A stretch of 64,000 nucleotides of DNA, from the NCBI RefSeq assembly GCF_009914755.1, contig NC_060948.1; one strand, given 5' to 3'. A program made the position numbers and the translations under genes. Under the pieces are notes generated by a model, which saw nothing but the letters and a program-made list of their open reading frames with translations, was not told the origin of the DNA and did not search any database. This document shows, piece after piece, positions 14,080 through 25,609 of the stretch (the first letter of the stretch is position 1; each line of letters begins with the position of its first letter). This DNA comes from the human T2T-CHM13v2.0 reference genome, Homo sapiens.

Positions 14080-14300
14080 GCTTAGGATAATTTCTTGGCC
14101 ATGCCACCAGACACAGGTGACAAAAGCCAAAAAGAAAAACAGGTAAACTGGACTGCACAAAACAACAACAACAACAAAACTTTTGTTCATCAGAAGACAC
14201 AAGCAAAAGGTTAAAAAAAAAACAAACCAAAACAAACAAAAAACAAAATACAGAATGAAAATATACATTATATTTGCCAATCATATATCTGATAAGGGAT
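14080..14300 (+). mobile_element. L1M ORF2 fragment
   Basis: aacttttgttcatcagaagacac...tttgccaatcatatatctgataaggg. Confidence 0.7.
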
Positions 14301-14302
14301 AT

Positions 14303-14465
14303 ATTTGTTAGCATTCTCCAGAAAAACTGAAACAACAGGACAGATAGCTATATATAGCTATAGCTATTAGATACAGATAACATTTATTATGGGAATTGGC
14401 TCAAATTATTATGGAGGCTAAGTCCCACCCACCATATTCTACAAGTTGAATAGCTAGATAAACTG
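14303..14465 (-). mobile_element. MLT2/MLT1E-like LTR fragment
   Basis: ttctccagaaaaactgaa...tttattatgggaattggctca...atggaggct. Confidence 0.6.
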
Positions 14466-14467
14466 GT

Positions 14468-14838
14468 CGATATGGTTTTTCTGTGTCCCCCACCAAATCT
14501 CATCTTGAACTGTAGCTGCCATATAATTCCCATGTGTTGTGGGAGGGACCTGGTAGGAGATAATTGAATCATGAGGGCAGTTTCCCCCAGACTGTTCTCA
14601 TGGTAGTGAATAAGTCTCATGAGATCTGATGGTTTAGTAAGGGAACCCCTTTTGCTTGGCTCTCATTTTCACTTGACTGTTTCCATGGAAGATGTGCCTT
14701 TCACCTTCTGTCATGATTGTGAGGCCGCCGCAGGCACGTGAAACTTTGAGTCCGTTAAACCTCTTTTTTTTTAAAAAAAGAATAAATTACCTGGTGTTGG
14801 ATATGTCTTTATCAGCAGCATGAAAACAGACTAATACA
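14468..14838 (+). mobile_element. THE1 solo LTR
   Basis: gatatggtt...caaatctcatcttgaactgtagct...gaaaacagactaataca. Confidence 0.9.
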
Positions 14839-15086
14839 CCTGTGGTGTAAGTCAATCCAAATCCTAAAGTCTAAGAACAAGGGGTGCCCTTGGTACAACT
14901 CCCAATCCTAAATGGTCCTTACCAAAAGTATTTAGTGAAACCACAACCCAACACTACCTCACCCTCAGCAATCACTCAAGGAATAAAATCAGGCTTTGCA
15001 CGACTTTTCACATCCACGTCAGGAAAGAATATTTCTAAATGGTCTCAGCTTCCAATCATCACACAAATGTTTCATTAAAGAAAGAT

Positions 15087-17503
15087 GAGGGGGCGGGGCC
15101 AAGATGGCCGACTAGAAGCTGCCGCGTTCAGAGGCTCCCATGGAGAAAACTATAAAAAGCATGCGAATCCTTCACCAACAACCAAGGCACCCAGGTTCTC
15201 TCATCAAAATTGACTAGAAGGCCTGTGTGACCCACGGAGAGAAGGAAGAATAGTGTGGTGCGGCGGCCCACCTGAGAGTCACACAGGGAAGGGGAACCCC
15301 CTCCCCTCAGCCAAGGGAGGTGGTGAGTGAGCCTGCTACCCAGCCGGGGAAACTGTGCTCTCTCCACAGAACTATACAACCCATGGATCGGAAGATCCCA
15401 CTCATGAGCCCAAAACCCATGCCACCGGGACCTAGTGTCTCAACCCCGGAATGGCAGATTCTTACAGCCTCTCAGCTGGAATCTGCTTAAGCCTACCGAA
15501 CTCCTGGGGGGAGGGGCGACCAGCACCAGCTGCAGCTGCCTGCTGTCTAGGCTGTCTGCTGTCTAAACCATTTGAGCTCTTTGGGGGAGAGGCAGCAGCC
15601 AGCTCTTTGGGGGAGGGGCAGCAGCCAGTTTTTGCAACTCGAAACTGCCTAGCATGCTAAGCTCCCTGGGCAGGGGAAGGTTGGCACACATTTCTATAGC
15701 TCCAGGCTGTGCTTTCCCCTGTTGGAGCCAGGGAGGCTGGATGGCTTGGTCCCAAGACTTGTCCCCACAGCCCAACACACTGGCTGTGGCAATCTGTGGC
15801 CAGAGTGCCTCTTCAGGCCTAACCCTGACCCATTCTTCCTCAATGGGTGAGGCTTTCCTTCAGGATCTCCAATAACTCCATCCAGAGGCTCAGGGACAGA
15901 ATTTGGATCTCCCTGGGCCTGAGCAGCTAGTGGGAGGGGTGGCCACAGTCTATGTGGACCAGCAGACTTAGCCTCTCCTCCTGGTAGCTATGAGGAATCC
16001 GGAAGCCCAGATGAGTGAGATTCCCCCCAGTGAAGCACACTGCCTCCACTGAGGGACAAAGTGCTTCATTAAATGGGGCCTGCTCCCCATGCCACCCAAC
16101 TGGATGAGACCCTCCAACAGGGGTTGTCAGACGGCCTACTGGCATCAGGTTGGTGCCCTCCAAGGACAGAGGTCCCAGAAGAAGGAGCAGGCATGATCTT
16201 TGCTTTTTCCAGCCTCCTTGAGTGACATCTCCAGGCATGGGAGTGAATCAGATGAATAGAGCCTGAAGTGAACCCCCAGCAAACTGCAGCAGCCCTACAG
16301 AAGAGGGATCTGATTATTGAAAGCAAAACAAACACGCAGAAAGCAACAACAACAGCATCAACAACAAAAACAACAAAGCCCCTACAAAAACCCCATCTAA
16401 GGGTCAGTGGCCACAAAGAGCGAAGCTAGACAAACTCACAAGAAAGAATAACAAAAAAAATGCTGAAAACCCAAAAGGCCAGAGTGCCTCTTCTCCTTCA
16501 AATGATTACAACGTCTCTCCATCAAGGACACAGAACTGGACGGAGGATCAGATGGATGAATTAACAGAATTAGGCTTCAGAAGATGGGTAATAAAGAACT
16601 ACACTGAGCTAAAAGAGCATTTTCTAACCCAATGCAAAGAAGCTAAGAAACTTGATAAAAGGTTTGATGAACTGCTAACTAGAATAATCAGTTTAGAGAG
16701 GAATATAAGTGACCTAATGGAGCTGAAAAATACAGCACAAGAACTTCATGACGCATACACAAGCATCAACAGCTGAATCAATCAAGCAGAAGAGAGGATA
16801 TCTGAGGTTGAAGACCTCCTTGCTGAAAAAAGACATGCAGACAAGATGCGAGAAAAGAGAATGAAAATGAATAAACAAAGCCTCTAAGAAATATAAGACT
16901 TTGTAAAAAGACCAAACCTACGATTGAGTGGAGTACCAAAAGCAGATGGGGAGAATGGAAACAAGCTGGAAAACACACTTCAGGATATTAACCAGGAGAA
17001 CTTCCTCAACCTAGAAAGACAGGCCAACATCCAAATTTAGGAAATACAGAAAACACCACTAAGATACTCCATGAGAACATCAACCCCAAGACACATAATC
17101 ATCAGATTCCCTAAGGTTGAAATGAAAGAAAAACTTTAAGGACAGCCAGAGAGAAAGGCCAGGTCGCCTACAAAGGGAAGCCCATCAGACTAACAGTGGA
17201 TGTCTCACCAGAAACTCTATAAGCCAGAAGAGATTAGGGGCCAATACTGAACATTCTTAAAGGAAAGGATTTTCAACCTAGAATTTCATATCCAGTGAAA
17301 CTAAGCTTCAGAAGTGAAGAAGAAATAAAATCCTTTCCAGACAAGCAAATTCTGAAGGAATTTTTTGCTACCAGGCCTGCCCTGCAAGAGATCCTGAAAG
17401 AAGCACGATGTATGGAAAGGAAAAATAGGTACCAGCCACTGAAAAACCCACCAAAATATAAAGACCAATGATACTACGTAGAAACTGCATCAACGAGTGT
17501 GCA
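15087..17503 (+). mobile_element. Older L1PA (about PA8-PA13) 5'UTR plus disrupted ORF1; ORF2 absent
   Basis: ggggccaagatggccgactagaagc start; ORF1 peptide MDELTELGFRRWVIKNYTELKEH; stops just after ORF1 at gaaactgcatcaacgagtgtgca. Confidence 0.88.
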
Positions 17504-17509
17504 TCAAGT

Positions 17510-17752
17510 AGAATGTCCTCCAGGTTCATCTATGTTGCAGAAAATGACAGAGTCTCCTTTTTCCCTTCTTTGTTTATTAACACATTTCCTGTTTAGAAAA
17601 AAAAAATGCATCTCACTGCCTGGGCAGTATTCTCAGGACAAAGTAGAATGCTTTAAAGCTGAATAATATTCCATTGTGTGCATAGAGCACAGTTTCTTCA
17701 TTCCTCTGTCCATGGACACTTTGCTTGTTTCCATAGCTTGGCTACTGTGAAG
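17510..17752 (-). mobile_element. L1M 3' fragment
   Basis: ctccaggttcatctatgttgcag...gctgaataatattccattgtgtg...ttccatagcttggctactgtga. Confidence 0.75.
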
Positions 17753-18394
17753 TCCCCGGCGTTTCTGCTCCATCGGATCTGGAGTGGAGTTGGCATCTTT
17801 GTTGCTAAGATGGGCATAGGTGATGCTGAGGCTGTTTTTGCAGAGGCCACACTTGCAGATCCACAGGTTTGGATGCTGCCTTCTCTGCTGAGCAGGTACA
17901 GTGAGAATCTATGCTCATCTTGATCGCTGGTAAAATGGGTGGGTTGAATCATGAGAACAACAAGCCAGCCAAACTCCTCTGCCTCCTTAAACCCTTCTAA
18001 GAAGTCCTGAGTTATGGAATTTTGACCATGCTTTGCAGACCCGTGCATGCTCCTAGAGTGCTGGGCTCACGTGCAGGTACCTGCCTAAGACAGATGCATC
18101 CAGGCATAGAGCATCACTAAGAACTAAGTCCCTGGTGGGCAAGGCAGCCTTTGTCTTGTTGGACTGCATGTCCCAGCAACTCAAGCGTTAGAGGTTTAGA
18201 ATTGCCTTGCCTGTGATTCCCCCTCTCACCTCTTGGGGCTCACTCGTCGGCAGAGTAATGCTGATCTGCAAGCATCCGCCTCCTCTTATGTTTCTTCCTA
18301 TGGGTTCCAGGGGTGAGCAGGGCAAGTGCACATGGAATACAGCCACAAGTTTCATCACAGTAGCCCGGGGCAGAGTGAAAACCCAGCCACTGAT

Positions 18395-20168
18395 GCATGC
18401 ATATGCACACACACAGAGACACACTCCAACATGCCCAGGCACACACAGGTATCTATACACACACAGAAAGATGTGCATGGACTTACATATATAGACACAC
18501 ATATATACACACACACACGCAGAGAGACACAGTCATGCCCAGGCACACACACAGGTATCTATACACACACAGACATGCAAAGACTTACATGTGCAGAAAC
18601 ACATATACAAACACACAGAGACACACTCGGACATGCTCGGGCACACACACACACATATCTATATACATACAGACAGACGTGCACAGACTTACATATACAG
18701 ACAAACATATATACACACACAGAGGCGTACACACACCAAAACACTCAGACATGCCTGTGCACACACACAGATATCTATGCACACACAGACAGATGTGCAC
18801 ACACTTCCATATACAAATACACATTTACAGACACACACATGCACAGACACATGGGCAGATAAACACGGCACTTTCAAACACAATCAGATACATACATAGG
18901 TATCCACACACACTGACACACACAGACTTACATATACAGATACACATATACAAATGGACACACACGTACACAGAGACACTCATGACATGCTCACACACAC
19001 AGGTATCTATACACACACAGACAGATGTGCACAGATGTACATATACAGACACACATACAGACACACACAGAGACACACAGGCAAACAGACACTCTCAGAC
19101 ATGCTGGCACATACACAGGTATCTATAATACACACAGAAACACACATACATACACAGACACATATATACAAACAGACACACACATGCACAGAGACACACT
19201 TGGACATGCTCAGGCACACACATAGGTATCTATACACACAGACAGACATGCACAGACTTACTTATACAGACACACATACACACACATGCACATAGAGACA
19301 CACAGGCAAACAGGCACTCTCAGCAACACCTGGGCACATACACAGGTATCTATAAACACACAGAAACACGTATACTTACATATACAGACACACATATACA
19401 AATAGACACTAACATGCACACAGAGACACACAGGCAGACAAACACACAGACACTCAGACACAGTTGGGTACACACATGGACATCTACATACACACACGGA
19501 CAGACACACAGAGACATATATACACACATGCATATATACACAGACACGCATAACCACAGACATACTTAGAACACATATGCACATACTCATCCACACATAC
19601 AGGCATACACACAGAGACACACGTAAAACACACAGTACACTATCACAGTGCATACATACCCACAGACATACATGAATACATACAGAAACACACACACATA
19701 CATACATGTGCACACATAAATGCACAGGACACAGACACATATGCACACACAGAGACACACATGCAGATGCACACAAACACTCTCTCAGACGGGCACACAC
19801 ACAGGCATCTATATAGGCACAGGCACACAGCGACATATATATACGCATACCTATGTCACAAACAGACACACAGAGAACATATATGCACATACTCATACAC
19901 ACATACATGCATATGCACAGAGATATATAAAAAAGACACAGCACACCTGTCACAATGTACACCCATACACAGACACCCATGAATACATACAAGAATACAC
20001 ACACAGACGTGTATTCATGCAGACACACACATACACAAGACACAGATACACATACATGCTCACAGAGACATACAGGGGCATATACACAGACATATACACA
20101 TGCATACACACACCAAACCACACAGATACACACAGAACAGACACCGAGGCACACAGACACCCACACCC
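18395..20168. repeat. Long CA-rich degenerate tandem array, ~105-120-bp period in the left two-thirds
   Basis: Landmark (gg)tatct(a) at ~18450, 18556, 18656, 18772, 18900, 19004, 19120, 19226, 19346; explains the His/Thr- and Cys/Val-rich ORFs. Confidence 0.9.
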
Positions 20169-20379
20169 AGCCACTCACCATCTTTGCTAAGGGGAACAGT
20201 ACTTTCAGAGTCTTCAGACCTACTTACAGCCGCATCCCTCCTTACATGAACTGGATCCCACATGCCGCCGATACACCCAGCCCTGTGACCATCAGAGGCC
20301 CTGTCTCCCCTTTCTTGAGGGAGCCACCCCCTACCTGGCTCTCAAACTCATTCTCTACCTGGAAAACATAAAGCTCTTC

Positions 20380-20940
20380 TATGACCGTCCACACCATCGT
20401 CCAGCAAGCCTACTGGACACACAACCGCACTTTAGCGTCCAGCTCCTTCCGGAACCTCCCTAAAGGAATCTAAACAAGGACCACTCCAAGCCGCAGCGTG
20501 GAAAGCCGCCGTGGTGCTACCAGGCGCTACCGTGGTCCGTCTACCATGTGGCGTCCACAGTCCGTTGAGACTCCGGCAGGAAGCCTCGTCCCTGGCAGTA
20601 GACAGAGCCTTTTCCCCAAGCTTTCCTGGCTGCCGACATCCCGCTGCTTGGTGTCCACCGCCCTCTGCTTGGGAGGGAGATGAGAGCCCGGCCAGCGAGC
20701 TACCGCACATGGCTCCTGGGTCCCGCACGCTGGCCGGGAAAGGAAGCACCTTAATTAAACACACTCTGTGCTCATCTGAAATCAGCTTCACACATTCACA
20801 GGGAGAGGTCTTCACGAAGAAGAAATCGTGTTTATGCCTGTAGAAGAGCAGCCACCGCCACAACAGCGTATTCAAGTATTTCCTTTTTTCGAAAACAAAA
20901 TAGTTATTTGCATGGAAAGAGAAAAGAGATCTCGGTTGTG
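20380..20940. promoter_or_regulatory. Non-repetitive CpG-rich segment (CpG-island-like)
   Basis: About 30 CpGs in ~560 bp by hand count, against CpG-poor surroundings; octamer ATTTGCAT at 20906-20913; function is inferred. Confidence 0.45.
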
Positions 20941-21194
20941 GAAACCAAGGTCTGAGCAGAGGTGGATTTAGGAGGAATCCATGGAGGAGCTCTGGAGAGA
21001 AGAGAATTTCAGAGCTCAACTTGGTCCTGCAGTTGTTGTGTAGGCCACTGAGTCAAACATTCTAGGAGTACAGACAGATCTGTGCTGTCTAGAGATTGGA
21101 TGGATTTTTATCAATTATGCAGAGCTGGGAACAGGATACACCTCATCCCCATTTCTGGGCCAGGAATCTCTCTATGAACCCACCTCCTCTGAAG

Positions 21195-23330
21195 TGACCA
21201 CACCTGATCTCTCCCACCTGCTTTAAATAGAGCACACCTGATTGATCCCGCCTGTTTTATGTATTCCATATCTGTTTTCTCTTATGCCACCAGTTTTAGA
21301 TCACGCATACCTGATTGACTCTACATAAACCACACCTGAGTAATCCCACCTGCTTTAAATACACCACACCTGATTGACCCTGCCTGCTTTATATAGACAC
21401 ATCTGATCAATCCCACTACTTTAAACAGACCACACCTGCTTTATTTCCCCTGCTTTAAATAGACCATGTCTGCTATATCTCACCTTCTTTAAATAGAGCA
21501 TGCCTAATTGACCTTGCCTGCTTAATATAGACCACACCTTCTTTAAATCACCCATACCTGATTGACTACATGCTCTACATAAACCATGCCTGATCAATCC
21601 CGCCTGCTTTAAATAGACCATCCCTGATTGACCCTGCCTGCTTAATGTACACCATACCTGCGTTATCGCACCTCCTTTAAATACACAACACTTGATTGAC
21701 CCTGCCTGCTTTATGTAGACACATCTGATCAATCCCATTGTATTAAACAGATCACACACTAACTGACCCTGCTTGATGTATACCACACCTGCTTTATTCC
21801 ACCTGCTTAATGTACACCACACCTGCTTTATTCCACCTACTTTAAATCATCCATACCTGAATGACTCTACATGCTCTAAATAAACCATACTGATCAATCC
21901 CATCTGCTTCAGATAGACTATGACTGATTGACCCTGCCTGCTTTGAATAGCCCACATCTCAGTGATTCCACCAATATGCCACACCTGATTGATCCTGCCT
22001 GCTTTATGCAGACACATCTGATCAATCCCACTGCTTTAAATAGACCATACCTGTTCTATCTCACCTGCTTTAAATAGACCACACCTGCTTTATCTCACCT
22101 GCTTTAAATCATCGATACCTGATTGACTCTACATAAACCACACCTGAGTAATCCTACCTGCTTAAAATAGACCACACCTGATTGACCCTGCCTGCTTTGA
22201 GTAGGCCACATCGCAGTGATTCTGCCTGCTTTAAATACACCACACCTGAATGACCCTGCCTGCTTTATGTAGACACATCTGATCAATCCTACTGCTTTAA
22301 AAAGATCACACTGGCTTTATCCCACCTGCTTTAAATCATCCATACCTAACTGACTGTACATGCTCTAAATAAACCAAACCTGATCAATTCCACCTGCTTT
22401 AAATAGACCATACCTGATTGGTACACACCTGCTTTAAAGGCCACACCCAATTGACCCCCACAATTGGGTAAATCAACCACAACTGATGAAGCCTACCTGC
22501 TTTAAATTGGCCAAATCTGATTTATTCCACTTTCTTGGAACCACACCTGATTTTTTTCCCACCTCTTTTAAATAGACCACATCTATTTGACCCCAATGCT
22601 CTAAAAAAGCGACACCAGATTGATTGACCCTGAATACTGTAAATAGATCACATCTGATGTATCCCACCAGCTTTAAATAAACTACACCCACTATGGAAAA
22701 CAATGTGGAGATTCCTTAAAGAACTAAAAGTAGATCTACCATTTGATCCAGCAATCCCACTCCTGGGTATCTACCCAGAGGAAAAGAAGTCACCATATGA
22801 AAAAGACTTGCCCACACATGTTTATAGCAGCACAATTTGCAATTGCAAAAATATGGAAACAGCCCATATGCCCATCAATCAACAGGTAAAAAGATATATC
22901 TATACCAGGGAATACTACTCAGCCTAAAAAGGAATGAAATGATGGCATTTGCAGCAACCTGGATGGAATTGGAGACCGTTATTCTAAGTAATGTAACTCA
23001 GGAATGGAAAGCCAAACATCAAATGTTCTCACTTATAAGTGGGAGCTAAGCTATGAGGATGCAAAGGCATAGGAATGATGTAAGGGATGTTGGTGACTCA
23101 GGGGAAAGGGTGGGAGCGGGGTGAGGGATAAAAGATGACACATTGGGTACAGCGTACACTGCTCGGGTGATGGGTGCACCAAAATCTCAGAAATCACCAC
23201 TGAACAACTTATCCTTGTAAATTCACTACCACCTCTTCCCCCAATACCACCACCTGTTCCCTCAATACCTATTGAAATAAAATAAATAAATAAATAAACC
23301 ACACCTGATTGAGCACCTCTGCTTTAAATC
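21195..23330. repeat. Degenerate ~34-bp tandem array (approx. ACCACACCTGATTGACCCTGCCTGCTTTAAATAG), interrupted by L1PB
   Basis: Roughly 40+ diverged monomers at 21195-22688 and one more at 23292-23330. Confidence 0.9.
22689..23291 (+). mobile_element. L1PB1-like 5'-truncated insertion
   Basis: ORF2 C-terminus ([25 protein letters not shown]), 3' end ccaaaatctcagaaatcaccact; TSD aaataaac(t/c)acacc. Confidence 0.88.
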
Positions 23331-23739
23331 ATCTTTCTGAACATACTTAGATATACTCAGCCCTGGTTCTGAAGAGAACAGCTCGAGGGCCCACACAATC
23401 TGAAAGGGAACTAGGCAACTCAGTCAGGGCTTGTTTTCTTTCTTCATTAAGGTCATGATGGGAGAACCACAACTGAGTCTGCAAGGCAGGTCTGAACACA
23501 CCGTGCTCTCAAGATGGATCTAGAAACTCAATCCCACTCTTTTCCTCTCTTGTTAAATATAGTCCGTTCTGCATAAAGGAGACAGATGTGTTCTCCTGAA
23601 TCAGTTTTTGCTATGCAAAAAGTGCTCAATTATAACATAGGGCTTATGGAAAAAACACAGCGTGGAGCAGCTCTCAAAGATGTTATCACTGATGCAAAGA
23701 ATATACAATATTTATTTGTCAATTAAAAATGAATAAATA

Positions 23740-23891
23740 GGGCTGGGTGCAGTGGCATCCCAGCACTCTCAAGCGAGTAGATTATTTGAACCCAGGAGTT
23801 TGAGACTAGCCTGGGCAACATAGCAAAACCCCTTCTCTACAAAAAAATACATGAAATTAGCCAGGCATAGTGGTGCGCAACTGTAGTCTCA
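23740..23891 (+). mobile_element. AluJ-like left arm plus start of right arm, truncated
   Basis: ggctgggtgcagtggc...cccaggagtttgagactagcctgggcaacatag...ctgtagtctca. Confidence 0.85.
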
Positions 23892-23892
23892 A

Positions 23893-24132
23893 TTATAGCT
23901 CACTGCAGCTTTGCATCCTGGGTTCAAGCAATTCTCCTGCCTCAGCCTCCTGAGTAGCTGGGATTATAGGTGCCCACCACCACACCTGACTAATTTTTGT
24001 ATTTTTAATAGAGATGGGGTTTCACAATGTTGGCCAGGCTGGTCTCGAACTCCTGACCTCAGATGATCTGCCTGCCTTGGCCTCCCAGAGTGTTGGGATT
24101 GGGATTACAGGCATGAGCCACTGTGCTCGGCC
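23893..24132 (-). mobile_element. AluS lacking its 3' end and tail
   Basis: gctcactgcag...ggattacaggcatgagccactgtgctcggcc. Confidence 0.9.
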
Positions 24133-24554
24133 ACATGACTTTTCTGATACCTTTTCTATTGCTTATATATTTCTTATTTTCATTCAAAAGTGCCCTCCTT
24201 TTGTCTGGAGCAGTTGACTGATGACTGAATAGTTGCAGAATGAAAACACACTTGAAGGCATTGTCAGGAAGTCCTATCAACGCTCTTTTCTTTGGCGATG
24301 ACCAGTGTTTTCTCCCCCAGGAGACAAGCAGGGCCAAGAAGTCAGGGATATTTTGAGAACTTCAAGGAGGAAACTGAATGGAAGATAGGGAGAGAATTCT
24401 TCCTACCCAGAGGGCTTTACAGGAGGTGAGAATCATGGGACCATAGCCTGTTGCACAGGAGTGAAGAGTCCTCGTGGTGTTGAAGTTGGCCAAGTATATG
24501 TGTCCTGAAAGTTAAATATTGAGCCAAAAATGCATTAACAGCCCATCCCATTAG

Positions 24555-24556
<2 letters not shown>

Positions 24557-24594
<38 letters not shown>
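24557..24594. repeat. (GT)19 microsatellite
   Basis: Direct count. Confidence 0.95.
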
Positions 24595-24598
<4 letters not shown>

Positions 24599-24651
24599 GG
24601 TTGGTGGAAATTTAAGCAGGATGCACAGGAAGTTGCTGTTTATAAGGGGGC

Positions 24652-25040
24652 TATATTCATCTCCTAGGGCTGCCATGACAAAGAGTCACAGACTGGGTGG
24701 CTTGAACAACAGAAATTTATTTCCCCACTGTCCTGGAGGCTGGAAGTCTAAGATGAAGGTATGGGAAGTGCTGGTTCCTTCTGAGACCTTTCTTCTTGGC
24801 TTGCAGACACTGTCTTCTCCTTGTGTGCTCACATGGTCCTCCCTCTATGCAGATCTGTGTCCAAATCTCCTCTTCTTGTAAGAGCTCTAGTCTTATTGGA
24901 TTAGGGCCATTCATAATCACCTCATTTTACCTTAATTACCTTTTTAAATACCCTATCTCCAAATAAAGTCACATTCTAAGATACTGAGACTTAGGGCTTC
25001 AACATGGACATTTTACAGGCACATAGTTAACCCTGTAACA
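24652..25040 (-). mobile_element. MLT1B/C MaLR solo LTR
   Basis: ctagggctgccatgacaaag...gactgggtggcttgaacaacagaaatttat...ccctatctccaaata. Confidence 0.85.
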
Positions 25041-25609
25041 GAAGATGGAGATATTTTTCCTTCCAAAAATCTATCATCTGCATTGGAAAGTCAGGTTCCG
25101 ACAGACACACTGAAATATGCACTTTTTATTTTTGTCTCCATCAAGAAAAAATGCAACCCTTGCTCTTGTAGTTATTACGGGAGACTGGAAAAATTATTTG
25201 ACAAGTGCCAAATGAAACCAAAAGAAAGCTTGCATTTTTCTCTTTAGCACTTCCAACAAAGTCTTTGTTAGCCTCCGTTCATACCAGCAAAGTGAGGGGC
25301 AGAGAAAAAAGTTAGTGGGGAAAGCCAACTTATGCTCCATGCTCAGGGAAAGACTTCCTTACATTGTTAGGTTCCATTGACTGACTTTGGTGAGCTGCTC
25401 CTTTACATCAACTTTATGGGATGTAGGTCCATGCCTCACCTTCATTCACCTACCTACAAAGATGCCCCAGAGATAGAATGGACTGCAGCCTACAGGCTAT
25501 CAAGACCAAGGCAGGGAACTTCCACCTGGAGCCAATTCACTGCACGTAAGTGTTTAAACAGATACACTGTAAGACATCTAGTATGAATGGTGCATATTTA
25601 AGACAAGGT

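Noticed and set aside
18326-20371. Long His/Thr- and Cys/Val-rich ORFs up to 307 aa
   Set aside because: Stop-poor frames of the CA/TG array.
20432-21019. 195-aa minus-strand ORF over the CpG-rich segment
   Set aside because: Non-ATG start, no recognisable domain, expected in GC-rich DNA; only the CpG richness is kept as a finding.
21195-22688. CRISPR-like appearance of the ~34-bp repeats
   Set aside because: No unique spacers, monomers are contiguous and degenerate, no cas genes, and the context is primate DNA.
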